This document shows positions 1-12,418 of a DNA stretch of 54,747 nt, in pieces; the first letter of the stretch is position 1, and each line of letters starts with the position of its first letter. The notes under the pieces were generated by a model. It made no database searches. It was not told the DNA's origin and was given only the letters and a program-made list of their open reading frames with translations. Origin of the DNA: Prorocentrum cordatum (taxonomy: Eukaryota); contig CAUYUJ010000218.1 in NCBI GenBank assembly GCA_963575745.1, forward strand, positions 62,001-116,747. The letters are read 5' to 3'. A program made the position numbers and the translations under genes.

Positions 1-546
1 ATCTGCGACGAGGCCCTCCTCGAGCAGCACGAACACGAAGACGCCCCGCGGCCTGCACGACCAGCAGAAGGCCTACTCGGAGGGCGGCGGGACTTCTCAG
101 AAGCCCTCGCGCCTTCTGAGAGAAGTTTTCTCTCCGCTTTCGGAGCAGGCTTCGAGCATTGGCGCACCATTTCCCTTCCCCTCTGGTCAGGCAGGCGCCT
201 CCACCATGAGGAAAACGAGGCATACATACGCTGACCAGCCGAACAAAAAAAAACTTCTCCGAGGGCCGGAGGGGGGGCCTCCGAGCCTTCTGAGGGGGCC
301 CGCCCCCTCTCGCTTCTCCCCATGGGCTCGCCCCCCGAGGACTGCGCGGGGCGAGCGCGCGTGCAGAAGGAGAAGCGCGTCTGCGCCAGGCGAGCGCGCG
401 CGCGAGGCGGGATGCGAAGCGCTGGGCGTGCAGCGCGCCGGAGGGGAAGCCCGCAGCCCGCAGGCATCGGAAGCCGCAGTCGCCCCTCTGCGGGGATGTG
501 CCACGTGAGCTGAGGCGGCGCGCACCACCGAGCCGGCCGAATCGTG

Positions 547-1050
547 GAGGAGGAGGAGGAGGAGGAGGAGGAGGAGGAGGAGGAGGAGGAGGGGGAGGAG
601 AAGGAGGGATGATGGGGAGGAGGAGGGAGGAGGAGGAGGAGGAGGAGGAGGAGGAGGAGGAGGAGGACACGCCCACTGTGACATGGTCAGGAGAAATTAC
701 GCTTGGTCGCAAATTGGCGGGACGGAGGAGGTGTCCTCCGAACTCCCTGCAGAGCGGAGCGATGCTATGAGTCGATCGGTCACGAGGCGGCGGGCCCTGT
801 TCGGGGAGAGCGGAGTGGCGCACGGCCACCGCCACTCGGCCACCGCCACTCCCGAGATGCGCTGCCGAGGAAACACGTTTTGTCCTCCTCTGGGAGGAGG
901 AGGAGGAGGAGGAGGAGGAGGAGGAGGAGGAAAAGGAAAAGGGGGAGGGGAGGGGGGGGGAGGGGGGGGGGGGGGAGGGGAGGGGGGGGGAGGGAAGAGG
1001 AGGGAGGAGGAGGAGGAGGAGAATGACGAGGAAGTGGTGGAGGAAGAGGA
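547..1050. repeat. (GGA)n and G-rich microsatellite tracts
   Basis: GGA runs at ~547-666 and ~893-1050. Confidence 0.95.
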
Positions 1051-1310
1051 GGTCACATGCTCGGCCGCCTGCTGTTGCCGGCTATAGCCCGAAGGCTCCC
1101 AACACAACCTCCAGAATGGAGGAGGGAGCTCTGCGAACGGGCGGGAATTCCTCCAGAACCGTTCTCAAAACCCTTGGCGCTGGCCGACCTGGGGAGCAGG
1201 TGCGGCCGGCAACGAAGCGCCAAATCGGAGCGGAACGGCACGGAGTCGGAATCGAATCGAGTCGGCCGCGCCAGGATGCACAAGAACGCCGTGCGAGCAT
1301 CGGGCCGCTT

Positions 1311-1797
<487 letters not shown>

Positions 1798-2363
1798 GTC
1801 CAGAGTAAACCAGGAGGCCTCAACGATGCTGCTGTGCTGATGAAAGTGATGCTGTTCTTGCCTCCGTCGCCGACGACGAAGCTCATGATGGTGCTGCTGC
1901 TGATGACGTTAAGGATGACGACGACGATGATGAACATGATATGATAGCACAAACGACGAGGATCATGTTGATGCGGATGGTGATGAATGATGAACGGCGC
2001 ATGGTGAATGATGATGGTTATGCTGGTGATGAGAATGATGATGTTGATGATGAAGATGATGAGGATAACAATGATGATGCATGCCTTTTTTTGTGGGGAG
2101 GATGTGTACTACGATGAGCACGATAACTACGTCTCCAGGCCGAAAGCTTTCCTCTTGCATTAAAGCCATGGAACCAATTGGGTACCACTACGTGTGTGCA
2201 AGAGTCTGGTGGATCCCATTTATGTATCTTCCCAAATAAGTTCTCTTGCGTGGAAGCTTAGTGAATCCCACAAGTAGCTATTGTAGACTCACAGGGAATG
2301 GGATCCGCAAAGCCGTGGATCTGCATACCAAATGCTATGACTCTACGCGAAATATGTTTCCGT

Positions 2364-2680
2364 GTCGGTCGGCCTGTCGGTCGGCGATGGTCGTCGTGGG
2401 TCGGTTGGTCGGTCGGTCGGCCGGCCGGCCAGTCGGATGGCGCGTCGGTCGTTTGGTCGGTCGGTTGGTCGGTGGGTCGGTCGGTCGGTCGGTCGCCGTC
2501 GTCGTCAGTCGGTCGGTCGTCGTCCCGTCGGTCGGCCGATCGGTCGATCGTCGACGTCGTCGATCGGTCGCTCAATCGGTCGATCGGCCGGCCGGCCCGT
2601 CGGTCGGTCGGCGCGTCGGTTGGTCGGTCGATCGGTCGGTCAGTGTCGTCGTCGTGGTCGGTCCGTCGGTCGGTCTGTCG
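2364..2680. repeat. Degenerate (GGTC)n tetranucleotide repeat
   Basis: Repeated gtcggtcggtcg units. Confidence 0.9.
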
Positions 2681-2712
2681 TCTGGGGCTCAAGAGGAAAA
2701 TCACTCGGCCTG

Positions 2713-2811
2713 CTGAAGATAATGATGAAGATGAAGATGATGATGCTGATGATAATTATGATTATACTGATGATGGCTCTTATTATTATGATGGCAACTT
2801 TGATGACGATA

Positions 2812-2877
<66 letters not shown>

Positions 2878-2997
2878 TGGATGATCATATTGCTGATGAT
2901 GATGGTGTTGATGATGTTGATGATGTTGATGCTGACGTTTATTACGGTGATGACGGTGATGGTCATGATGGTGACGATGATGATGATGATCATGATC

Positions 2998-3046
<49 letters not shown>

Positions 3047-3664
3047 GTCTTACAGTTATTGTGCTCGTATTATTGTTACAATTGTTATGACGATGATGCT
3101 GACTATGATGTTGTTGATGTTGAAGTTGTTGGTGATGGTGATGATGATAATTATGATGGTGATGTTGATGATGGTGTTTACGACTATGCTGATGATGATG
3201 GTGGTGATGATAATGGTGATGACGAAGATGGTGATGATCATGCGGATGATGATGATGGAGTTGATGATGACGATGGTGATGCTGGTAGTGGTGATGAGAT
3301 TGACAATGACGACGATGATGCTGATGATGAGGATGAGTACCATGAAAATGATGGTGATGAGATGATGGTCAATAATGATGACGGCGCTGATGACTATTAC
3401 GATGGTTATGACGATGCTGATGATGGGAATGATGACGATGATGCTGAGGATGATGATGGCGATGGTGGTGATGATGCTGATGATTGCGTTTATGGTGATA
3501 GTGATGATGGTGATGGTGATGATCATGGTGGTGGTAATGATAATGATAATGATAATGATAATGAAAATGATAATGATAATGATAATGATAATGGTGATGA
3601 TGATGCTGCTGATGATGATACTGAAGATGAAGATGAAGATGAATAGGAAGATGAAGATGATGAA

Positions 3665-3730
<66 letters not shown>

Positions 3731-3749
3731 GATGCTGGTGATGATATGA
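2713..3749. repeat. Degenerate (GAT)n microsatellite
   Basis: About 1 kb of GAT-derived triplets. Confidence 0.95.
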
Positions 3750-3810
3750 AGGGTCTCTGGGGGCAGGGCGAGGAGGAGCAACGGCGGCGGCAGGCCGCGG
3801 GAGCCGACCC

Positions 3811-4123
3811 TCACATCAGCTGGAGGATCTGGAGCTGAGCCAGCTTCGACACCAGTATGGCGCCGTGGAAGAAGCCATCCATCCACAGCAGCTTCAGCCC
3901 CGACCCGCCAGCCTGCTGCTGGCGCTCCTCGAGGTAGCGCCTGACGGCTGGGGGGTTGGTGATGTCGTCCTTGCTCGACAGGGCCACCACGCAATCGCTC
4001 GGGAGCTCATCCCGCCACATCACGTTGTGGTACCAGTAGAAGTGCCGCATCAGCACGTTCGCCGCGAAGAGCTCCCAGCGCACGAAATGCGCGGCCGCCA
4101 ACATCATGGCATTGGGGGGCCTC
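3811..4123 (-). CDS. Alpha/beta-hydrolase exon 6 (terminal; putative catalytic Asp and His)
   Basis: CAG|G acceptor restores FLYR-RPPN. Encodes FVRWELFAANVLMRHFYWYHNVMW...SSKDDI...FFHGAIL...LQLM*, with TGA at 3811-3813. The six exons sum to 1593 nt (530 aa plus stop). Confidence 0.85.
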
Positions 4124-4429
4124 CTGCCGGGGAGACGCAAGACTCGAGCTTGGGGGGCTCGAGCTCGCCTGATGGCGCCGTCAGAAAAACCACGGGACTC
4201 GGTCTGAAACTTGACGCGAACTCCCAGGAGCAGAACAGGAGGAGCAGCAGGAGGAGGAGGAGCAGGTGAAGGAGGAGCAGGCGAAGGAGGAGCAGGCGAA
4301 GGAGGAGCAGGAGAAGGAGGAGGAGGAGGAGCAGCAGGAGGAGGAGGCAAAGGGTAGAGCAGAGGAGGAGGAGGAGGAAGAGGAGGAGGAGCAGGAGGAG
4401 GAGGAGGAGGAGGAGAGCGGCGGGCCAGC

Positions 4430-4506
4430 CTCTCGGGCCCCTCACGGTCCCCCCCGGTTCGGTATATGAAGTTGAAGGCCACGTCGGGCTGGCACAGGAG
4501 GAAGCA
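4430..4506 (-). pseudogene. Partial duplicate of hydrolase exon 5 plus adjacent intron
   Basis: gaagttgaaggccacgtcgggctggcacaggaggaagca is identical at ~4468-4506 and ~6021-6059; the copy encodes CFLLCQPDVAFNFIYR. Confidence 0.85.
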
Positions 4507-4569
4507 CCCCCTCCCCCCTCCTCCCTCCTCCCTCCTCCTCCTCCTCCTCCTCCTCCTCCTTCTCCACAC

Positions 4570-5892
4570 CTCTTGATTGGTTCTCCCTCCCTTCTCCGCC
4601 TGACCAGCGTTTCCTCGAGTACCACGGGTGTGAGCCTTCGGAACCCTTGCCTGGGGGCATTTACGGGGCTGACGGTGCAGGAGGTGCTTGGTCTAAGCAT
4701 CCTGCGCTGCGCTGGTGGCCTTCGCTTTCGTCAGGCTTGACGCTTCTGGGGATGTTTTTTTATTGGAGCCATGGGGTCACGCGTCTGGTCGAGGGCAAAA
4801 GGCAGACGGTCCCAATGGCTGAGCTGACAGGCCTGATTGAGGCCGTTCGCCATGTTGCCAAGAACGAAGAATTGACTCTTGTTTGTGATCATATCAACCA
4901 CGTGCACGCCTACCATAAAGGAAGGCATCATACTTTTCGCCTTGCCAATGCAGATCTGCGGTGGGAGTTGTGGCACCTTTTTGATTTGCGCACGGCTGAA
5001 ACTTATCTTGTGCATTGCCCTTCTCACCTTGATAATGGTGACAAGTTTCGCAGGTTTTGGCGCACGTCGGTCGCAGAGCATGTTTATGTCAATCGTGCTG
5101 CGGACCATATTGCTGACCAGCGTGCCGAGTGTGCTCAGATCCAGTCTCATATCTGCCGAGATGTGCTAGCACTTGAGGAGAAAGCGAAATCGACCCTGCT
5201 GCGTATGGCCTCCCTCACTTTTGCGATCGCGTCCCGTCCGAAGGATCGCTCGCGCGTTGTCGTTAAGAGCATTGTGGACCGGATAGAGAAGGCCAAGCAG
5301 CGCAGGCTTGAGTTCATACGAGACTCGTCACACCAATTTTGTAAGGACGCAAGTCTTTCTTGAAACTGCTATGGGTGCGGCCTCAATGCCCGAGAGAAGT
5401 TGCGAGGTTTCCGGGACTCCGTTTTGTCGGCTTGCCCCGCCCTTGCTCCCAGGCCTCCCGTCCCGCTCCCCAGGGTTGTCCCGTCCTTGGAGCCCGAGGC
5501 CCCCGTGGATGAGTGGCTTTGGCGTCGTCTGGGTTTGGAGGATCCGCCCCAGAGAGTTGCCCACCCTGCCTTTATAGGGTGACAGCAGCTGAATTCAACT
5601 CACGAGCTCTGGTTTAAAGGGCGCTTTGTGTTTTGTGGCCTGTGCGGGTCCTGGGCCGCCCAGCGACCAGTCAACCTTTTGATTGGTTGCCATGTGGCCC
5701 TCGAGGGCCCGCACAAAATCTCCCCGAAGCAGTTGCAGGCGCTCCAGCGAGTACGCAAGGGTAAGCCACATCAGCAGACTGCCTATTCTTGGGGTGACGA
5801 GTGTGCCCTAGCGCTCTAAGTAAATCTATTTTCAGCGTCGAGTTTTAACCTGCTGGCAGAGTTTGGCTTGATGATGCACACAGTGAAAAAAA
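4570..5892 (+). mobile_element. 5'-truncated non-LTR retrotransposon (RNase H plus C-terminal Cys motif) in hydrolase intron 5
   Basis: ORF 4647..5363 has RNase H motifs (ADGAGG, QTVPMAELTGL, VCDH, HCPSH, NRAADHIA). Downstream FCGLCG (5628..) parallels WICFECG of the 43.7-50.3 kb element. An A-run at ~5886-5892 precedes (TCC)n. Confidence 0.75.
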
Positions 5893-6012
5893 GTCCTCCT
5901 TCTCCGCCTCCGCCTCCTCCTCCTCCTCCTCCGCCTCCTCCTCCTCCTCCTCCTCCTCCTCCTGCTGCTCCTCCTCCTCTCTCGAGCCCCTCACGGCCCC
6001 CACCCCTCGATC

Positions 6013-6089
6013 CGGTACAGGAAGTTGAAGGCCACGTCGGGCTGGCACAGGAGGAAGCAGACGGGGTCCATGAGCACGAGCTTGCTCAC
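6013..6089 (-). CDS. Alpha/beta-hydrolase exon 5
   Basis: GAG|GTG acceptor, 77 nt, VSKLVLMDPVCFLLCQPDVAFNFLY(R), phase-2 CG|GA donor. Not present as its own ORF in the track. Confidence 0.8.
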
Positions 6090-7032
6090 CTCGGCAACAC
6101 GCCAGGGCGACCCTGCAGTCGAAACGCTGTCTTAAGGAAACCCAAATCAGGAACGAGGCCCCTTTGTTCCATAAGTAAGCTTCGATTTCACATAAAATAC
6201 AAAGGAAAACCTGAGACAAACTGTGAAACAAATTCAGAAGATTAGGCCCCTCCCAAACAAAGAGGCTTCCTTCTTTAGCGGCCCGACTGTAGGCAAGGGT
6301 GACCTTTAGTGCGCGGATGAAGGGGGCGCGAGGTGGACAAATCCAAGCGCGTGGGCAGCCTCTTTCGTATCACGCTCAGCGATCGGGGGACCCCAGCGAG
6401 CCCGCACCCAAGGTTCCTCCGGCGAAGGGCCACTCCTCACACGCAGCCGGTCACCTCGGAGCTCAGGGCGCGTCGGGGCCGCGGTATAGCTCGCAGTCGG
6501 CCCCCCGACCCCTCCATGGGGCCCAAACGCACCACTGTTTTCCGAGCTGCGTCCAGCCGTGGCGACGAGCCCCCCCCCCCCCCCAGAGCGAAGGCCAACC
6601 AATTACCGAAGTCTCAGCTGGCCCTCCTCTGACCCTCCCTCCCTCCCCCGAGATCCCTCCCTCCCTCGAAAGCTTGCAGCATCGCGAGAAACCACGACCG
6701 GATCCCCAGACAGCGACACCACCTTTCGAGCCCGACCGATCTGTGATGCCCCCAGGGCCCGCCACCGGGTGAAAACGCCCGGGGTGAAAAAGTTGCAGCG
6801 CCTGGACCTCAGGGCTTTCTCCCCCCTCCCTCTTCGACGTCCCACCCGCGTACTCGACTCGGTCACCGGGTCAGGGCTTGAACCCACCAACTTTGCGAGC
6901 TGCGCCCAGCCGTGGCAGCCATGGCGACGAGGGGGCCCCCCCGAAGGCCAGCTACCGCAGTCTCAAGCGCGATAAGCGATACACTGTTTACATCGCCCTG
7001 ATTTTATATCGCACTCGCCCTCCTCGGATCAC

Positions 7033-7200
7033 CAGGTCGGGGCGCGCGCGCCACACCCAGCTGGCGATGCACGTGCCGTACGAGTGGGCCACGAAGCAGG
7101 CCCTGCCGTGCCCGCGGGACCGCAGCATGGCAGCCAGCGCCACTGGCGCGCCGCCTGGCGTGAGCGTGACTTCCGCCCCCGCCTGCGACACCTCGGGCAC
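7033..7200 (-). CDS. Alpha/beta-hydrolase exon 4 (nucleophile elbow AHSYG)
   Basis: GAG|GTG acceptor, 168 nt, VPEVSQ...ACFVAHSYGTCIASWVWRARPDL, CTG|GT donor. Confidence 0.85.
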
Positions 7201-7856
7201 CTCTCGGGCGTTCGCTTCCGGGGAACGCAGTCAACGTGGGGCGGGCGTCTTCGCCCGCGGCGCCGAGACTTTTGCGCGTCCCCGTCGGCCCTCGGCGGAC
7301 TTCCAGCCTCGGGATGCTCTCCAGCACCCGCGCTTCGCCGAGAGCGTTCAAGGGGGGTGCCCGGCCCGTCCCGAACGGCCGCCGGAGAGCCGCGCTATGA
7401 CCCGAAAACCGGACGACCCGGATCTTCGGCACTTTCCCGAAGTGGCAGTTTGGGGGTGGCTGGCAAGCCAGGTGCCTGATCATCAGAGGGGGTACGTATT
7501 GATCGGGTGTTCGTCAACTGGGGATGCAATAAGTCAGAGGAGGGAAAGGTACCAACGCCGCTACCCTTGCCGCGCTTTCGCCCTTTTGGGCCTCCTGGAA
7601 GGTCCTCGTTGCCACCGCTAGGTTCGCTTGAAATCCTGGTCAGAACGCGGCCCACGAGAGGTCCAGGGAGTAACATCATCGTTATCCTTTGGTTCTCCCA
7701 ATAAGCGTGGGATGAAGACACGTGCGCTGTTCGTGCGCCTTTTGGGCCCACGGTGCCATATGAGGGGCTATGCAGGGGCCCTTTCGAGCCACTCTTTCCT
7801 AAAGTCCTGGATCGCCCCACGTCGTTTATGGCACTCCCACTGCCATCCGCCCGAAC

Positions 7857-7925
7857 CTCCACGACGAAGCACTCCCGCAGCCCCGTGAGCCTCCTGATGA
7901 AGGGCAGGTAGGGCAGGAGGCCCAC
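7857..7925 (-). CDS. Alpha/beta-hydrolase exon 3
   Basis: CAG|GTG acceptor, 69 nt, VGLLPYLPFIRRLTGLRECFVVE, GAG|GT donor; completes HGLG-VG. Confidence 0.85.
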
Positions 7926-8716
7926 CTGTTCGATGGCAACACATGGGAGCCTCCTAAACCATCTTGTCGGCTCTTGCGAATCGACGCTTGTCGTCGCTAG
8001 ATCGACGCGAATCGACGCAAATCGACGCTAGCCGACGCTGAGTCGGCGCTATCTCATCGACTCCCAGACGCTAATCGACGCTAGTCGACGCTAAAGACAG
8101 GCCTTACGAGGGCACACGAGGCTCCCATGATTTGCTACCGAACCACCTGGGGGAGAAGGCATCTCTGCACAAACACGTCAGCTTTCGGAGGCCCACGTGG
8201 ACTTCTTCGGTCGGCGCCAGACCTTCCTCCCTGGCGCGCGGGACGCGCCACGGCGGGGTCCTGCTCAGATCAAAATCATGCCCCTGAGATCCGGGCGTTG
8301 CATTTTTTTCAGACCAAGCGTTCTCGCCGAGTTTCAGGTCCCAGGACTATCCCAAGTCGATCTGGCTCGAAAAGTGCGGCAGATCGTGCTTTTCGCGCGA
8401 CGTTGCACTTTTCCGCAAGGTCGGATTTCGGGGAGGGCCAGGAACGGTTTCTCAGCGTGTTGCGCCGCCAGCTCTAGCCCACCACGCACCAGCGCGACGC
8501 GCCATAACCTCGTCCCTGTCTCCAAGTATCAGCGTCCAGAGCGCTTCGTGGCCTGTCGCCCCGCGAAGCGGAACGACACGCTATCAGCTCGCAGGGCGTA
8601 GCGTGTCGTCGGGTCGGCGCCGGACCCCCCTCCCTGGCGCGCGCGGGGCGCGCCAGGGGGCGGCGCCGAAGGGCGCTGCCAAGGGCGGGGGGTGCAGCGC
8701 AGGTGCAAGAATAGAG

Positions 8717-8940
8717 GCCTCCTAGATGGGGTCGGAGTAGATGGGGTGGGAGGATCGTGTCGCATCCCCGATGCATCGGCGATGCATTGGTGATGCACCA
8801 GCGATGTCGGCGATGCAGTGGCGCCGCCGGCGTGGAGAAAATTGGGCCCCACAGCGAGCCGCATCGCTGATGCATCAACGATGCATCGGCGATGCGGCGC
8901 GGTCCTCCGACCCCATCTACTCCGACCCCATCTGGGAGGC
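8717..8940. mobile_element. Palindromic MITE (~224 bp)
   Basis: Left end gcctcctagatggggtcggagtagatggggt matches the reverse complement of the right end (gcctcccagatggggtcggagtagatggggt) at 30/31. Imperfect complementarity continues inward for ~50 more nt. Confidence 0.85.
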
Positions 8941-8977
8941 TTAAACAGAAAGAGTCCGCACGGACCTCCGAGAGTTT

Positions 8978-9860
8978 ACTCGGAGCAGGGCGCGTCGGGA
9001 CAACGGACGCTCAAAATCGGACCCTGGACACCTCCATGGGGGGGCCAAACGCACCGCTGTTTTCCGAGCTGCGCCCAGCCGTGGGCGACGACAGGACCCC
9101 CCGAAGGCCATCTACCGTTGTCTCAGCTGGCCCTCCTCTGGCCCTCCGTCCTTCCCCTGAAACCCCCTTCCTTCTTCACTGCAGCATCGCGAGAAACCAC
9201 GACCCGATCCCTCGACACCACCTTTCGAGCCCGACCGATCTGTGATGCCCCCGGGGCCCGCCCCCTGGCGAAAACGCCCAGGGTAAAATAATTGCAGCGC
9301 CCGGACCTCAGGGCATCCTCCCCCCTCCCTCCTCGACGCCCCACCCGCGTATTCGACTCGGTCACCGGGCCAGGGTTTGAACCCGCCAACTTTGCGAGCC
9401 GTGCCCAGCCATGACAGCCGCGGCGACGAGAGGGGCCCCCCCGAAGGCCAGCTACCGCAGTCTCGAGCGCGATAAGCGATACACTGTTTACATCGCCCTG
9501 ATTTTATATCGCACTCGCCCTCCTCGGATCACCAGGTCGGGGCGCGCGCGCGCCACACCCAGCTGGCGATGCACGCTCCGTACGAGTGGGCCACGAAGCA
9601 GGCCCTGCCGTTCTCCCCCTCCCTCCTCGACGCCCCTCCCGCGTACTCGGTCACAGGGCCAGGGTTTGAACCCACCAACTTTGCGAGCTGCGCCCAGCCG
9701 TGGCAGCCGTGGCGACGAAGGGCCCCTCGAAGGCCAACTACCGCTGTCTCCAGAGCGATCGGCGATACACTGTGTACGTCACCCTTTCCTCTTACCGCGC
9801 TGGCCCTCCTCGGATCCCCAGGTCGGGGCGCGCGTGCCCCAACCAGCTGGCGACGCAAGG
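8978..9860. repeat. Two diverged duplicates of the exon-4 3' half and intron-4 segment (6455-7110)
   Basis: 8978-9610 aligns with 6455-7110, including ACFVAHSYGACIASWVW with a 2-nt insertion. 9610-9860 is a third, shorter copy. Confidence 0.85.
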
Positions 9861-10926
9861 GCCACTGGGTGATTTGTATGCCTGTGCACATTGTTCCCTG
9901 TCGGCGGATGAAGAGGAGGAGGAGGAGGAGGAGGAGGAGGAGGAGGAGGAGGAGGAGGAGGATGAGGAGGAGGAGGAGGAGGAAGAGTAGAGGAGGAGGA
10001 GGAGAAGGAGGAGGAGGAGGAGGAGGAGGCCTCTAGGACACCTGGTGGGGATTCCTATGGGCCGAGGGAGAGGCCTTTGGGCCTTCCCTTGCTGTCGGCC
10101 ATCCTGGCAAGGGCCATGGCGGCCGCGGCCGCAACTAGACACCAGTGATATCACATCACCAGCTGCGGCCATCAGGGCACCTCCATCACCACCTCCACCC
10201 ATGTTTCCTGCGCGTGCACCTCCTTTTAACTCCAACTGCATACGCTTCGTCATCGTTCCTCATCCCACCTCCGCCATCAGTGCACAGTGCGCCACAGCGC
10301 TGGCCATCCTGGCAAGGGCCAGGGCTGCTGCGGCCGCACCTAGACACTAATGGACATCACATCAGCAGCTCGGCCATGAGGGCACCTCCATTACCGCAAC
10401 CACCCCCGTTTTACCAGCTACTACCTTTGGCCACATCAGTGCCCACCCCCACCCACCTCCATCCTCTGTCCACGTGGGCGCCCCAAGAGGGTTGACCCAG
10501 GGCACCCCCAGGGCACCGACCCCAAGAGGTCGGGGGACCCAAACGGGGGGGACCCAAGACAGGGCCCTCAGGGGTCCACCTACACCTGCCATCTGTGCTT
10601 TGCCGCATACCTCCACCTCTTCCTCCTCCCCCTCGGTCGCTATTATGATGGTGCCTCCTTTCCTTCTCTCTCCCTCTCTCTCTTACCCCTCTACTGGGGT
10701 CGAGCCCCACAGTTTTGGTCTACCTCTCACGTCTCACCTTTTTCCCTAATTAGCCCCCGACACTCTCTGTGTTCAGACGAGGGGCGATCGGCAAGACAAG
10801 CGGTTGCAGGATCAACGTCATCTACCGTTAGCAGCAGCAGGAGGAGGAGGGCGAGGAGGAGGAGGGGGAGGCGGAGGAGGAGGAGGAGGAGGAGGAGGAG
10901 GGGGAGGCGGAGGAGGAGGAGGCCAC

Positions 10927-11052
10927 CCCGAGGCCGTGGATGAAGACGACCGGCGGCTCGGGCGGCCGAGCCTCGCCGCGCTGCAGGAGCAGCCCGGGCA
11001 GCGGCCCAGGGGGCGCGTAGTGGAAGAAGGACACCCCGTGGCCCTCCGAGGC
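10927..11052 (-). CDS. Alpha/beta-hydrolase exon 2 (oxyanion-hole motif VVFIHGLG)
   Basis: AG|GCC acceptor, 126 nt, ASEGHGVSFFHYAPP...PVVFIHGLG, GGG|GT donor; in frame with exons 1 and 3. Confidence 0.85.
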
Positions 11053-11061
11053 CTCGGCTCG

Positions 11062-11465
11062 TTTGTTGTTGTTGTTGTTGGTGTTGTTGTTGATGATGTT
11101 GTTGTTGTTGTTATCATTGCTGTTGTTGCTATTGCTAGAGTTGCTGTTGTCGTCGTCGTCGTTGTTGCTGTTGGTGCTATTGGTGTTGTGGTTGTTGTTG
11201 TTGTTGTTGTCGTTGTTGTTGTTGGTGGTGGTTGTGGTGTTATGGTTTTCTGTTGCGTGTGTTTGTTACTGCGCTAGCGGAATACATATATATATATGTA
11301 TGTGCATGTATGGATGTATGTATGTATGAATGTATGTATGTATGTGTGTATATGTATGTGCGTATATGTGTATGTGTATACAGATACACGTACAGACATA
11401 CACGTGTATACATCAATGTGTCGATATACACATATACGTATATAATCGTACATGAATATGTACGC
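11062..11465. repeat. (GTT)n and (TA/TATG)n microsatellites in hydrolase intron 1
   Basis: Read directly. Confidence 0.9.
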
Positions 11466-11578
11466 ATGTTGTGCTTCGCGCGTTGTGCAGCCATCGGCCT
11501 GGCTCTTGCGTTTGAGGTACGGAACGCGTCTTGTGCCCAGATGTGCTGTGCTTGCATGGCTCGCGTGCTCTCCGAGGC

Positions 11579-12418
11579 CTTGGTGTAGGTGAAGCCCATG
11601 AGCCGCATCGACTGCCGGGTGACGGCCTGCAGGGCGCGGATGCTCGCGTAGTAGGCCAGAGGGTGGCACCACGCGTGCACCGCGTCGAAGTTGATCCGGA
11701 TGGGCCTTATGCCCTCGCCGTAGCCCTCCGGCAGGCGCCAGCCGAACCGCTGCTCCATCTCCTGCACCATGCCCTCGGCCAGCTTGCTCTCGCCCGCGTC
11801 CAGCTCCGCGACCTCCTTGCAGAACCAGGCCCACGCGGCGAACTCCAGCAGGTTGCCCCTGCGCAGGAGCGCGAAGGGGCAGCCCAAGAACCAGCCCTCG
11901 ATCCACCGCTGGGAGTCCCTGCCGACTCCCTGGGCACACCCCTCGGCCGCCCAGCCTCTGCACACCTCGACGGTCTGCATCGTGCGGCGGAAGAGGCTCA
12001 GGCTGCCCTCGGGGGGCTGCAGCCTCTCGCAGAGCGGCCTCGCCCGCTGCACGCGCCGCTGAAGCGACTTGAGGTAGACGAAGAAGCACACCTCGCACGC
12101 AACGTAGGCGAGCGCCAGCGACGAGAGCGCCAGCGTGGAGAGCCAGGGCAGCACGACGCCCAGCAGCGCGCCGGCCAGCAGCAGGCCGGCCGCGAGCCGC
12201 CACGAGGCCACCGTGGCCACGATCATCACCAGCCCGCGGTACAGGGCGGCCAGGAACGTGAAGAGCGACCCATAGATGAGGTGGCAGTGGAGCGCGTCCA
12301 GGTCCTCGGAGCTCACCCCCCGGCCCCTCGCCTGCCAGGCCGCGGCCGCGGCCGCGGCCTCCGCGCCCGCGCCCGCCACCTCCTCGAGCCTGGCCCTCTT
12401 GCTGGAAAGCCGCGCCAT
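11579..12418 (-). CDS. Alpha/beta-hydrolase gene, exon 1 (N-terminal membrane-anchor region); start codon uncertain
   Basis: Part of ORF 11240..13012: MARLSSKRARLEE..., a hydrophobic stretch (GLVMIVATVASWRLAAGLLL...CFFVYL), WIEGWFLG and LRRGNLLEFAAWAWF. Ends ...TYTK at an AAG|GC donor. An in-frame upstream ATG also exists near 12823. Confidence 0.8.
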
